From contig OZ271839.1 of assembly GCA_965601825.1 (NCBI GenBank), positions 1,985,164-2,017,163 of the forward strand: a stretch of DNA of 32,000 nucleotides, in the 5' to 3' direction. The notes under the pieces were generated by a model. That model was not told the DNA's origin and searched no databases. It saw nothing but the letters and a program-made list of their open reading frames with translations. The DNA comes from Balneolaceae bacterium (GTDB lineage: Bacteria > Bacteroidota > Rhodothermia > Balneolales > Balneolaceae). The stretch's first letter is position 1; each line of letters starts with the position of its first letter. Of this stretch, positions 9,224 to 18,213 are shown one piece after another. A program made the position numbers and the translations under genes.

Positions 9224-11066
9224 ATGGAGTATACTCTAGGACAAAAATTACTGGTTCTGTGTTAAACACAGAATTCTGTAATAGATTAAATATCCTTCTG
9301 GTTTCATCCCAGCTGATGGATTGACCTGTCATCACAAAAAATTGCCCACTAGTTAACTCTTCAACTCGAGTATTAACCCCTGATTCTGACCGAACCTGTT
9401 GTGCAAGAGTTTCTGCAAATTGTTGATCGGAAAACGAGTTAACCTGTATTTGATAAGCATACTGATAATCAAAAGCTGTTTCCGGCTGATGACGAATAAA
9501 AAGGTTTGAAGTGATGCCTAATTCTCTAAATGATCTAAGTTGCGTTAGTACCTCATTTCTGTCGGTATATGGACCAGTAAGAATGTTATAAGTGTCAGAT
9601 ACACGATTCATGTAAGCTTGTACATTGTACTGATCAAACAACTCCATTGTGAAATTCAAACCATTCGTTCGATCCTGAAAAGCCCCAAATTGAATCAAAT
9701 ACTTAACCGGCTTAGGACGGTTAATAGTATTATTGTAGCACTGATGAACCAAGCTAACATTCGAATCACTTAACTGCGATGAGATTGTACTCTGCTTGGA
9801 AATAGCATCGCTAAATGAAGAAATCGCAGCAGTTCGAATTGAATAAGCTTCATTATTGAAAGTTAAAATCACTGGTTCTGCTATAGCAGTTTCAATTCTG
9901 GCTGCTTGTTGAAAAGCGGTTTGAAGTCCATCATACTCACCCAATCTAACTGCAAATTGACAACGGGCATCTACTCTTAGTAAAGAGGGCAGATTATTCG
10001 TTACAGGTATTATTTCCGGTTCAGGCTCTGGTTCAGGAGTAGTTGGAATTTCTCTAATAGGTTGTTGAAGTGGAGTTGGTTCCGTTTCAGGTTGAAGAGT
10101 TGTTTCATCTTGAGTTGATTCGTCTCGAACAGATTCCGTTTCATTAGCATCATTTCCATTAGGTTCAGCTGCTTGTTCACTTGCTTCTCGTTGCGCTTCG
10201 TCAATCCTATTTTGGTCAATTAAAGTGACGATAGCAGGTTGGTCAGCTAATACAACAATATCTTCCTCAACTGGAGTTGTTATTTCATTTGACTCTGGTG
10301 TTTGATCTTCAACTTCAACCTGATTTGTAGTTTCTTCAGCAAGTTCATCTTGTCGCTCTTCAAGTAAATTTTCTGTGGTATAGTAGAGACGAAGAACTAC
10401 GCGCCTATTTTGTTCTTTACTAGCTGCAAAAGGAAAACCAAGTGAATCATATTGAATTACCGGGCGCGAATCTGCATATCCGGAAGCTTTTAATCTTTTC
10501 GATTCGATACCCAGATCATTAAAGTACTTTACCACATTTGCAGCACGTGCCGTGGAGAGCTCCCAATTCGAGGGATATGCAACTGAAGAAATAGGATTAT
10601 TATCAGTGTGACCTTCTACATCGATATTAAAATCATTGTATTCGAGTTGCTGCATGGCGATCAACACTCGATCTAATAAATACTCTGCATCGGGTTGAAG
10701 TCTCGCTTCACCGGAGCTATAGAGGTAATCACTATTAAATCTGATTTTCAGATCATTCAAGTCGCGAATGATTTCTAGATTTCCGGCATCAATTTCAGGT
10801 TCCAAAAGTGTGAAAAGTTCATCTTGTATATTTCCGATAGGGGTGGTGAAGAACTCGGTTTCATCAGAAAACTTACCAAATAGTTCAGATAGAGAAGAAA
10901 ATTCGGTTTTTGTGATTTGAGATACAGCAAGAAGAATAATTAAAAAACCGAGTACAATCGTGATAATATCCAGGTAGCTAACTTGCCAACTAGATTCTTC
11001 TTCTTCCTCAAATTCTTGAAGAGGGAAAAGAGAGTGTTTAATTATTATTTGATCTCGTTTTTTCAA
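9222..11066 (-). CDS. MotB/OmpA-family stator-like protein with acidic Pro/Thr linker and three C-terminal SPOR-like domains
   Basis: TTG is the only in-frame start. W-QVSYLD-IITIVLGFLIILL single TM carrying the conserved MotB-type Asp (D33). OmpA-like core DVEGHTDNNP...NWELSTARAANVVKYF...GYADSRP...NRRVV. aa 231-352 E/T/P-rich linker (PEPEPEPE). aa 366-612 three SPOR-like repeats (YLIQFGAFQDRTNG...YNILTGPYTDRNEV; YQIQVNSFSDQQFAE...FFVMTGQSISWDET). Confidence 0.8.
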   Translation of the reverse strand: MKKRDQIIIKHSLFPLQEFEEEEESSWQVSYLDIITIVLGFLIILLAVSQITKTEFSSLSELFGKFSDETEFFTTPIGNIQDELFTLLEPEIDAGNLEIIRDLNDLKIRFNSDYLYSSGEARLQPDAEYLLDRVLIAMQQLEYNDFNIDVEGHTDNNPISSVAYPSNWELSTARAANVVKYFNDLGIESKRLKASGYADSRPVIQYDSLGFPFAASKEQNRRVVLRLYYTTENLLEERQDELAEETTNQVEVEDQTPESNEITTPVEEDIVVLADQPAIVTLIDQNRIDEAQREASEQAAEPNGNDANETESVRDESTQDETTLQPETEPTPLQQPIREIPTTPEPEPEPEIIPVTNNLPSLLRVDARCQFAVRLGEYDGLQTAFQQAARIETAIAEPVILTFNNEAYSIRTAAISSFSDAISKQSTISSQLSDSNVSLVHQCYNNTINRPKPVKYLIQFGAFQDRTNGLNFTMELFDQYNVQAYMNRVSDTYNILTGPYTDRNEVLTQLRSFRELGITSNLFIRHQPETAFDYQYAYQIQVNSFSDQQFAETLAQQVRSESGVNTRVEELTSGQFFVMTGQSISWDETRRIFNLLQNSVFNTEPVIFVLEYTP

Positions 11067-11078
11067 GAGGCATAGAAA

Positions 11079-11876
11079 TTAGATCATATTTCTATTTCTT
11101 CGCATATGAGCTTGAAGACGATCATAAATCTGAAGAGCAGTTTTATTCTCTTCAATTAGAATAATGCCTTCTAAAATCAATTTCTCTCGAAAATATCGTA
11201 AAGAAGCTACATTATTCATTTTCTTCGACATTGGCGTAAAAATGAAATTCCCTATTAAAATCCCATATAAAGTGGTCATAAGAGCAGCGCCAAGACCGGC
11301 TAGTAGTGACTCAACTTCACTAAAGCCGGATAGAATAACGATTAGGCCGAAAAGGGTTCCGAGCATACCAAAAACCGGTGAAGTCTTACCCATGCTTGCA
11401 ATAATTTGATTTACCAGTTGCTGTCGGGTATAGTTCTCTTCAATATTGATTTCGCCCAGTTCTCTTAAATCTTCAGTGGTATAATTAGTATCTAATACAG
11501 AGAAAAGGTATCCCTCAAACTGATCTGCATATTCTTCACTTAGTTGAGAAACAGCAGTAAATTTGTCTTGTTTGATCAGTTTTTGCCAGTCCATGATGCG
11601 TTGGATATCAGACTCGAGTACTTCTGGTGTTATTGTGCTGTAAGAGAATAGCTTCGTACTTTCAACTAGTGCTCTAAGTACACTATTGAACGGATAGCTA
11701 ATAAAAACACTTGCGGTAATTCCGCCAAAAACAATAGCCAAACTTGGCAAATTTAGAAACTCAAAACGCGATGGTATTAGATCGTATTCTGTAAATCCAA
11801 CCACTAATAACGCTCCCCAAACTAAAATGAGTAGAGAGATGAGAAAACATAAAATATTAAGGATCGAGGTACGCAT
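11079..11876 (-). CDS. MotA-type (MotA/TolQ/ExbB family) proton-channel protein, 4-TM flagellar-stator-like topology
   Basis: Two N-terminal TM helices, ~95-aa cytoplasmic loop, two C-terminal TM helices with SPVFGMLGTLFGLI and LGAALMTTLYGILIGNFIFTPM family signatures. C-terminal LILEGIILIEENKTALQIYDRL resembles the MotA tail. 12 nt upstream of the MotB-like gene. Confidence 0.85.
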   Translation of the reverse strand: MRTSILNILCFLISLLILVWGALLVVGFTEYDLIPSRFEFLNLPSLAIVFGGITASVFISYPFNSVLRALVESTKLFSYSTITPEVLESDIQRIMDWQKLIKQDKFTAVSQLSEEYADQFEGYLFSVLDTNYTTEDLRELGEINIEENYTRQQLVNQIIASMGKTSPVFGMLGTLFGLIVILSGFSEVESLLAGLGAALMTTLYGILIGNFIFTPMSKKMNNVASLRYFREKLILEGIILIEENKTALQIYDRLQAHMRRNRNMI

Positions 11877-11882
11877 GTAGGA

Positions 11883-12407
11883 CTAAAATGCCTTCTTTAA
11901 ATTTTCATCTATCAGGCCATTATTTTGTAACTGCTGGATAATGTAAGTGGATGAAGGTATGGGAACCTCAGGGTCCATTTCAAGTGCTCGACGCCATTGA
12001 TTTACAAATTCATTTATATATCCAAGTCCTAGATAAATGCTGCCCCTAAGTGCTAATACATCAGCATTTTCTTTAATTAAAGCCGCTCTGTTTATAAGGA
12101 ATAATGCATTTTCAAAATCACCGGAATAAAAATGTTGTTGAGCCAGTATATAATAGTTTGTCAGAGTATTTGCCTGGGCCTGATATCTGGAGTAAATATC
12201 GTCTTTGTAGAGCTCAATAAGGGCTTGTCTTAATTCTTCTTCTTTGGCTTGTGCCTGTGCAATACTATCTGCTTCTGGACTAATGATTAATTCCTGAGAA
12301 TCTACTGCACTTGTTCCACCATCAGAATCAGTTAACTCACCAGATGAACCGCAGTTAATTACGAATAGTGTAAAAAAGACCGCAATTGATGTGAGCCAAA
12401 ATTTCAT
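11883..12407 (-). CDS. TPR-repeat lipoprotein
   Basis: MKFWLTSIAVFFTLFVINC: signal peptide ending in Cys (lipobox-like). The rest reads as TPR-like helical repeats. ATG 12407 preferred over tracked TTG 12410. Gaps of 16 nt and 6 nt to its neighbours. Confidence 0.6.
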   Translation of the reverse strand: MKFWLTSIAVFFTLFVINCGSSGELTDSDGGTSAVDSQELIISPEADSIAQAQAKEEELRQALIELYKDDIYSRYQAQANTLTNYYILAQQHFYSGDFENALFLINRAALIKENADVLALRGSIYLGLGYINEFVNQWRRALEMDPEVPIPSSTYIIQQLQNNGLIDENLKKAF

Positions 12408-12426
12408 CAATCAATAAGATGTTGAG

Positions 12427-14283
12427 TTATGAGTAGCTGGCATTTTTTCTAATGGAATTCATCAAGATAGCTTTAGCGTATTCCGTTTGTTTAGTTGGAA
12501 TATCTTTTAGCTCGATAAGTTCCATTCTGAGTAGTCTCTGTTCTCTTTTAGGGCGCGCTGATAATATTTTTGTGATGATAGCTTCATCAAGCCCAACTAT
12601 AGCGTCTAAAAGTGTTTCAGTATTCAATGAACGAACAGCTCTTTTAATAATCTCATCGCTCAATTCTGGTAGCTGTTCAATAGTAATGAATTGCTTTTCA
12701 AGGATGGCCCCAACGATTGAACCAGTAGCTTTTAGTTCATCGATGTATCTTTTTTGTTCGTGAACCGGAAGTCGTTCAAGGATAGGGTAGATGTGCTCTG
12801 CACCGTATTGCTCACTTCTTTCAGCTTCGACTAAATCCATTGCTTTATCAAACAATTCAGACGATATCCTTTGCTGTTGATCGTTGGTTAAGTTATTCAA
12901 AGACGCCATTTGAAGCATGATCTTAGCAGCAATTTCCTTATCCAGCTTCTCAATAAACTCTGCAGCTGAGTCGTCCGGTAAATATTGTAGAATGAAAGCA
13001 CCGGATAAGCTATCCTCAGTTTCAAGTAAGGTGAGAATGTGGTGATTTGAAATATGATCTAAAAATTTAAATAAAGAGAATTTGTTTCGCTTACTCTCAG
13101 AAATCGTATCCTTTGCACCTTTTTCTAACATCTTCGCAAAATCAGTAACAACTTCTTTTCTACGGTCTGTTGTTAAATCAGGAAGTTCCATTACACTATC
13201 AATAACTGTATCGTAATCTTCCGGATGTAATTCTCGTTTTAACGTTCTAAGCAGATGTTTATCAACAGCTAGAATTACTTCAGCAGCTTTTCTGGCACCA
13301 TTCTCTTCTTCACTTAACCAGTATCTGAAAATTGTAGCAACTTCATCCGGCTTATTAAAGAAGGCTTCAACAACTTCCTCTTTTGTATTGATGAAAGTAT
13401 CAACACTTACTTCTTCAACTACATCAGTTTCCTCGGGTTCTTGAAAAGCAATAGGCTGAGGTGCATATTCATTTTTAAATGCTTCTCTAAACTCACGAAT
13501 AGGAATTTGGGGCGGTGGTTTATTCATTAAGCGATTGAACAGAATGGTTAAACCAAAGAGAAGCATCAAAGCTAAAGCCGGGATATACGTATATATCGAA
13601 TTGTAATCCGGTAGTGTTTGTGGCGTTATTGTAGTTGCCGTGATTGGTTCAGGCCTTTCAGAGAAGTCAGGAATGGCTAATTGCGAGATAATTATCTCAT
13701 CGCCACGAGCTTCGTTGGTTTTTACAGCTATACTTGTAATAAATCGCATCAACTCTAATTGTTCAGCAGTTAGAGAAGTATCAGCATAGATGTTAACGCT
13801 CATATTGATCAATCGAAGCGTCTTTATTGTATTCTGATTTACAATTACATCGGGCTGAAGACTAACAGAAGAAGGTGCACGAACATTTTCATCAGGTACA
13901 AAAGGAAGACCAGGCATGAACAGGTTTTGCCTTGGTTGAGACGTTGAAACAACTTGATTCTGACTAGTACCAATTGCTTCATCTACAAGCTCTGCATTTA
14001 TATTAACATCGATAAAAAACTTCTTTCTATTAAAGTAGTTTGCAAGAACTTGGATAATCTGGGAATCATACTGTTGTTCTAAATTAGTGACTCGCAATTC
14101 AAGTGACTGAGAATTTCCAGCGTCAATTGTAGCTTGTGCGCGAAGATCAGTTATAGTAGTTACATTAAAAATAATTAAGAAAAGAAGAGAAGGGGCGGCG
14201 ATTTTGAGTTCAAATATTGAACTGAGTTTAGAAGTCAATAAGTAAGATATAGGGGTATCTTTATGCATATTAGTCAGATGCAC
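12427..14283 (-). CDS. Membrane-anchored FliG-like protein: periplasmic ring-building-motif-like N-terminal half, TM helix, cytoplasmic three-domain FliG homologue
   Basis: aa 310-385 RKAAEVILAVDKHLLRTLKRELHPEDYDTVIDSVMEL...VVTDF (FliG-N pattern). aa 404-480 FKFLDHIS..LLETEDSLSGAFILQYLPDDSAAEFIEKLDKEIAAKIMLQMASLNNL (FliG-M / MgtE-N pattern). aa 525-612 LLDAIVGLDEAIITKILSARPKREQRLLRMELIELKDIPTKQTEYAKAILMNSIRK (FliG-C pattern with charged helix). TM at aa 229-252 (IYTYIPALALMLLFGLTILFNRL). Start is GTG 14283 or ATG 14268; either overlaps or abuts the usher stop (14270-14272). Confidence 0.7.
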   Translation of the reverse strand: MHLTNMHKDTPISYLLTSKLSSIFELKIAAPSLLFLIIFNVTTITDLRAQATIDAGNSQSLELRVTNLEQQYDSQIIQVLANYFNRKKFFIDVNINAELVDEAIGTSQNQVVSTSQPRQNLFMPGLPFVPDENVRAPSSVSLQPDVIVNQNTIKTLRLINMSVNIYADTSLTAEQLELMRFITSIAVKTNEARGDEIIISQLAIPDFSERPEPITATTITPQTLPDYNSIYTYIPALALMLLFGLTILFNRLMNKPPPQIPIREFREAFKNEYAPQPIAFQEPEETDVVEEVSVDTFINTKEEVVEAFFNKPDEVATIFRYWLSEEENGARKAAEVILAVDKHLLRTLKRELHPEDYDTVIDSVMELPDLTTDRRKEVVTDFAKMLEKGAKDTISESKRNKFSLFKFLDHISNHHILTLLETEDSLSGAFILQYLPDDSAAEFIEKLDKEIAAKIMLQMASLNNLTNDQQQRISSELFDKAMDLVEAERSEQYGAEHIYPILERLPVHEQKRYIDELKATGSIVGAILEKQFITIEQLPELSDEIIKRAVRSLNTETLLDAIVGLDEAIITKILSARPKREQRLLRMELIELKDIPTKQTEYAKAILMNSIRKNASYS

Positions 14284-17266
14284 CAGTGTTTACCCTCTCC
14301 TCTAGTGTTTCCATATCCGGAATATAGAGATCGGGGTTAAACCTCAATGCCTGTTCCCAATGTCTTTGCGCCTGTTCGATGTTTCCTTCAAAATAATAAA
14401 AACTTCCCTTTAATGCGTGCCCTTGTGCAGTTTCAAAAAGTTCTAATGATTCAGTCACTAAGCGGAATGCTACATCTATATTTTTACTATAAAATGCATT
14501 CTGTGCTCGAACTATATAGCGAAGGGCATCATCAATAGTTCCAAAGATTTCTTGGGAGTATTCTAAGATTTCGGGTGATGCTTTAATTGCATCAGTAACC
14601 TCAGCAATTGTGATTAATTCTTGTTCTGCTTCTTCGTCTAAGTCTTCAAGACTCCTTGGTGTTAATCGGAAGCTCAATCCTTCAACAAAATCGCCATTTT
14701 GTATTGCTTCAACTTCAAAATCAATTTTGTTTGGTGATGCATCAACTTGAAGGATATCAAGCTGTGATTGGTCGACACTTAAGGTATATGACCCTGGTGG
14801 AATTGGATATTCATAAAAACTGCCATCAGAAAATGTTCGTAGCTCGTTAATTACATTGCCACTATTATCAGCTAGAATGATTTTTAGACCACCAATACCT
14901 TGTTCCGTTGAATCGGGAAATACTCTATTTACACCACCTTCCATTACTCCAGCCATAAAAAATGGGATTTCAATTCTCTTGTAGGTATTTGGATCAGTTA
15001 TAATTGAAAACTTATCAACAGAGGGGACTAACATTGGATTATTGATAGATGAAATATTCATCTCAAGGTTATATTGAAAATACTGTTGCATCTGGTTGTA
15101 ATAGAGAACACCATTTTTAACAATAGCATTAGAACCACTTCTGTTAATTCGCATTCTGCCTTCTTCAATATCGTCATCAATTCCTTCATCGTAGATTTTG
15201 TTGTTATTATTATCAACAAATAGCTTAATGGCTGCTCCGGATCGCCCAACTTGATCTCTACTTGTTAGAATTAGGTTATCAAACTTGGTGTCATAGCCGA
15301 TTGAACCTCTTACACTGTTTGTTGTGCTATATCTATTACCTAGCTGTGTAAAAGTAGAATTTGCTCTAACTTTGTTAAAGTCTATAACAATATTAAATCG
15401 GATTGAATTTTCATTACTTAAGTAGTTTCTACCTAGAGTTAATTGAAACCTACCTTGCTTAAATACATTTCTTGATACCAAAAACTCAAGTGATTCCAGC
15501 TGAGACTGTTCGGCTAGGTATCTTGCTTGCCCTCGAACAAAAAAACCTTTAAATAAATCGGGTAATCGTGTATTTCTTGGTACAGTATAAGTAAATGAGT
15601 TTTCAAAGTACGATACTGGAGAAGGATCAAATATATTGTAAGTATTAGTTAGACGATCTGTATATCCCATTCGAATACTAAATTTCCTTATTCGAGTACT
15701 CAAATCTGTCCTAAATGTTGAGAAATTTCCTGTATCTCGTCTTCGGGTAAAATTTGAAACGCGAATATTTAGAGGGATTTCAAAAATTCTAAATGGGAAA
15801 AATAAGGAACCACTGAATTGATCTTTATTATTTGATGCATTGTAAAAACTTTGATTCTCACTAAAGTTCGTATAGTCAAATATGAAACTAGCACTATTAG
15901 CAAAAATTGAGTTAATCGAACTTCTGATATATCCATCATAAATACCTTCAAGCATAAGTGTTGTACTATTAGACAGTCTCGAAGATACTGAAGACACAAA
16001 ATAGGGGGTACTATTACCATTGGATTGATCATAATACTCAACGCCAAATTTGGTTGTTAGCCAATTTGTTAAGCCATAAGCAGCATTTCCTTGAAACGTG
16101 TAATTTTTACCAGTCTCACCAATAAAAAAGTTTTCAACATACCCGGCATTAGCTGTATAGTTTAATTCACCTTTTGGGATAAATGTAAATGGTATCTGAA
16201 TTCTGCTTCGCTTATTTATAATCTGACCAGTAGGCCCGTATATTCTGATATCTAATTGGGATGATCCATAATACCTAGGAATAAGAAATCGATAATTTCC
16301 AATTTCATCAGACTGTTGAAAATCCAGTAGTGAATTGTTTAGATAAAGTTCAACTTCTGATTGGGGAAAAGTAATACCATTAACTTCGTATTCATCAAAA
16401 AAAAGTCGAGGTTCAATTGGGTAATTAGAAATGCTAATGCCCGTATAAGGTGTCGTTAAAGCACCGCTTAAATTAGATTGTCCTACCGTAACCGTTGTTA
16501 ATGCGGGCTTTTCTTTTACTACATAACGCCATCGTAGACCATTTGTCTCTATTAGAGACACATCACTAGAAAAGTTACCGAATACTGCGCCCTGAATATC
16601 GCCACCTAATGCTTGAGCACCAATAACATTATTAAAGCTTACAGAACTTGTATTACTATTGATGGTAGTATTTACACTGTAATCGAGAAAACCAAAATCA
16701 AAGAAATTACGATTTAAGCCATCTCGTAAATCAAATAAGTTCTCATCTCTTCTAAGTAATGATGTTCTGCTTCTCTTTTGATCTCGAAGTGCCTTTTCTA
16801 TAATTGGCAGTTCTTGTAATGTATTTAGAGAGAGTGCTAGATTGTTAAAATCAACTGTAAAATCGAGTTCAAATACCGCATCAAATAAATCTACACGAAG
16901 AAAAGAGTCAAAATCTCCAAGTATGTAATCATCTGGAGAAATATCTATTCTTTTATCCTCAAACTGTATTACTCGTCTTTCAAAATCGATTAAATAAGGG
17001 ATTTGATCGATTGAAAAGTTTCCACTGATAATTAATCCTTCAACACTAGCTTCTAGCTGAAGAAGGGAGAAGAGTTCGTTTACAGGTAAGTAGAATTGAT
17101 CATTCTTATAAAAACTTGTGACATAAGAGCCAATTACCCCACGATGCCGGAATGTGAGATATACTTCAAATGCATCGTCATTATTTTGTGCACTTGCATT
17201 ATTTGGTAGAATGGAAACAAATGCAAGGCAAAAGATAAATGAAGCTTTAAGGCATTTGTAAATCAC
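14270..17266 (-). CDS. Fimbrial usher-like outer-membrane protein with extra C-terminal CarboxypepD_reg/Cna-B-like and TPR domains
   Basis: GTG start overlapping the chaperone stop (GTGA, 17263-17266). Signal peptide ...PNNASA-QN. VYLTFRHRGVIGSYVTSFYKNDQFYLPVNELFSLLQL resembles an usher N-domain. aa 274-362 YTGISISNYPIEPR..SEVELYLNNSLL..GNYRFLIP..LDIRIYGPTGQI..RIQIP matches the PapC/FimD plug-region pattern. Long aromatic-rich beta-strand region. aa 771-872 GGLKIILADNSGNV..TFSDGSFYEYPIPPGSYTL. aa 912-983 TPR. Confidence 0.6.
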   Translation of the reverse strand: MIYKCLKASFIFCLAFVSILPNNASAQNNDDAFEVYLTFRHRGVIGSYVTSFYKNDQFYLPVNELFSLLQLEASVEGLIISGNFSIDQIPYLIDFERRVIQFEDKRIDISPDDYILGDFDSFLRVDLFDAVFELDFTVDFNNLALSLNTLQELPIIEKALRDQKRSRTSLLRRDENLFDLRDGLNRNFFDFGFLDYSVNTTINSNTSSVSFNNVIGAQALGGDIQGAVFGNFSSDVSLIETNGLRWRYVVKEKPALTTVTVGQSNLSGALTTPYTGISISNYPIEPRLFFDEYEVNGITFPQSEVELYLNNSLLDFQQSDEIGNYRFLIPRYYGSSQLDIRIYGPTGQIINKRSRIQIPFTFIPKGELNYTANAGYVENFFIGETGKNYTFQGNAAYGLTNWLTTKFGVEYYDQSNGNSTPYFVSSVSSRLSNSTTLMLEGIYDGYIRSSINSIFANSASFIFDYTNFSENQSFYNASNNKDQFSGSLFFPFRIFEIPLNIRVSNFTRRRDTGNFSTFRTDLSTRIRKFSIRMGYTDRLTNTYNIFDPSPVSYFENSFTYTVPRNTRLPDLFKGFFVRGQARYLAEQSQLESLEFLVSRNVFKQGRFQLTLGRNYLSNENSIRFNIVIDFNKVRANSTFTQLGNRYSTTNSVRGSIGYDTKFDNLILTSRDQVGRSGAAIKLFVDNNNNKIYDEGIDDDIEEGRMRINRSGSNAIVKNGVLYYNQMQQYFQYNLEMNISSINNPMLVPSVDKFSIITDPNTYKRIEIPFFMAGVMEGGVNRVFPDSTEQGIGGLKIILADNSGNVINELRTFSDGSFYEYPIPPGSYTLSVDQSQLDILQVDASPNKIDFEVEAIQNGDFVEGLSFRLTPRSLEDLDEEAEQELITIAEVTDAIKASPEILEYSQEIFGTIDDALRYIVRAQNAFYSKNIDVAFRLVTESLELFETAQGHALKGSFYYFEGNIEQAQRHWEQALRFNPDLYIPDMETLEERVNTGASD

Positions 17267-18093
17267 CTAATTGTATAAGAAATAGATCTAGTTTGTGTTT
17301 CAATAGGAATTATATCATCTGTAGGCACGTCGCTTCTACTGCTCTCAAAAGTGGAGGTAATGATATAATTACCAGCTGGTAAATCATCAATATCAAATTC
17401 TTGGCGATGTGCGCCATCGAAATATAGTGATGTCGAAACGAAAGCTCTTCGTACTTCAATACCATTATTATTTACTATTGATGTTGAAATAGAACCAAGG
17501 AAAGGGGAGTTGCCGCCTCTTTCATAAGAAGTAATCACAGAAATGGAACTTTCCTCTTCATTTGGTTCAACTGTAATATCACCAATCTCGATTCCAGTAC
17601 TTACATCACCAACTTTATAAAATAACCCAGTTACTTGCTCAATGGTGATAGCAACCCTTGCGCTAACAACATCAGTGGCTTGAAGCTCAACTGGTGGTGA
17701 TTCAGGTGTAGATGATGTTCTGATTCTAGCCCAATACGTACCGTCGTCTAAAGAATTATCTGCATTTATTCGAAGGCGAACGGTTTGTCTTTGTCCAGGT
17801 GCAACCGTAAAATTTCTTGGGAATGCTCGGATTTTATCTGCAATTGAGTATTGTAACTCAGAGGTACTATCTGTAGTGATAAGTTGCCGCGTTCCATCCG
17901 GTAGACTACCGCTATAAGCGAAGAAAAAATCCACTGAAATTTCCTGTGTTTGGTTTGAACTATTTATAATTAAATAGCTACCAAATTTAGAATCATCCGT
18001 TATAAATAAATTGGTTGGTGCAATAGTTACCTGTGCTCTAATACTGCACGCTATAAAGAAGAGTAAGAAAATAGATGATATATATCGTTTCAT
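17263..18093 (-). CDS. PapD-like periplasmic fimbrial chaperone (two Ig-like domains)
   Basis: Signal peptide. VTIAPTNLFI..SYLIINSSNQTQEISV (strand A/B pattern). IRAFPRNFTVAPGQRQTVRLRI..DDGTYWARIRTSSTP (PapD core pattern f.v.PP.f.l.Pg..q.vRl). VAITIEQVTGLFYKVGD (FYRP-like strand). A second beta-rich domain. Sits directly upstream of and overlapping the usher-like gene. Confidence 0.6.
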   Translation of the reverse strand: MKRYISSIFLLFFIACSIRAQVTIAPTNLFITDDSKFGSYLIINSSNQTQEISVDFFFAYSGSLPDGTRQLITTDSTSELQYSIADKIRAFPRNFTVAPGQRQTVRLRINADNSLDDGTYWARIRTSSTPESPPVELQATDVVSARVAITIEQVTGLFYKVGDVSTGIEIGDITVEPNEEESSISVITSYERGGNSPFLGSISTSIVNNNGIEVRRAFVSTSLYFDGAHRQEFDIDDLPAGNYIITSTFESSRSDVPTDDIIPIETQTRSISYTIR

Positions 18094-18160
18094 AGCAGTC
18101 TAGTAGTTATTACCAAGAACTTAAGAAAAATTATTATATATGTTATTTATTTTTCTATCC

Positions 18161-18193
18161 AAAAAAAAAGGCCATGATTTCATGGCCTTTTTT
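18161..18193 (-). terminator. Rho-independent terminator/attenuator after the candidate major fimbrial subunit gene
   Basis: GGCCATG (18170-18176) - ATTT - CATGGCC (18181-18187) perfect 7-bp stem. On the - strand it is followed by a 9-U tract (A-run 18161-18169), and on the + strand by 6 T. Lies 21 nt after the stop at 18214-18216. Confidence 0.7.
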
Positions 18194-18213
18194 AAAAACG
18201 ATTGTTGATATTC

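Noticed and set aside
9222-12410. ExbB-ExbD-TonB, TolQ-TolR-Pal or Zorya (ZorAB) anti-phage system
   Set aside because: The channel protein has the 4-TM MotA topology with a large cytoplasmic loop, and a FliG-like partner is present. The B subunit has an OmpA-like domain rather than ExbD/TolR folds. I saw no TonB/TolA-like proline-rich anchor protein, no long ZorA tail and no ZorC/ZorD-like genes.
9222-14283. Interpretation as part of a canonical flagellar gene cluster (fliG-motA-motB)
   Set aside because: No FliF, FliM/N, FlhA/B, rod, hook or flagellin genes are adjacent. The FliG-like protein is itself membrane-anchored with a periplasmic domain. Its start is coupled to an usher-like gene. 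The whole genome must still be checked for flagellar genes.
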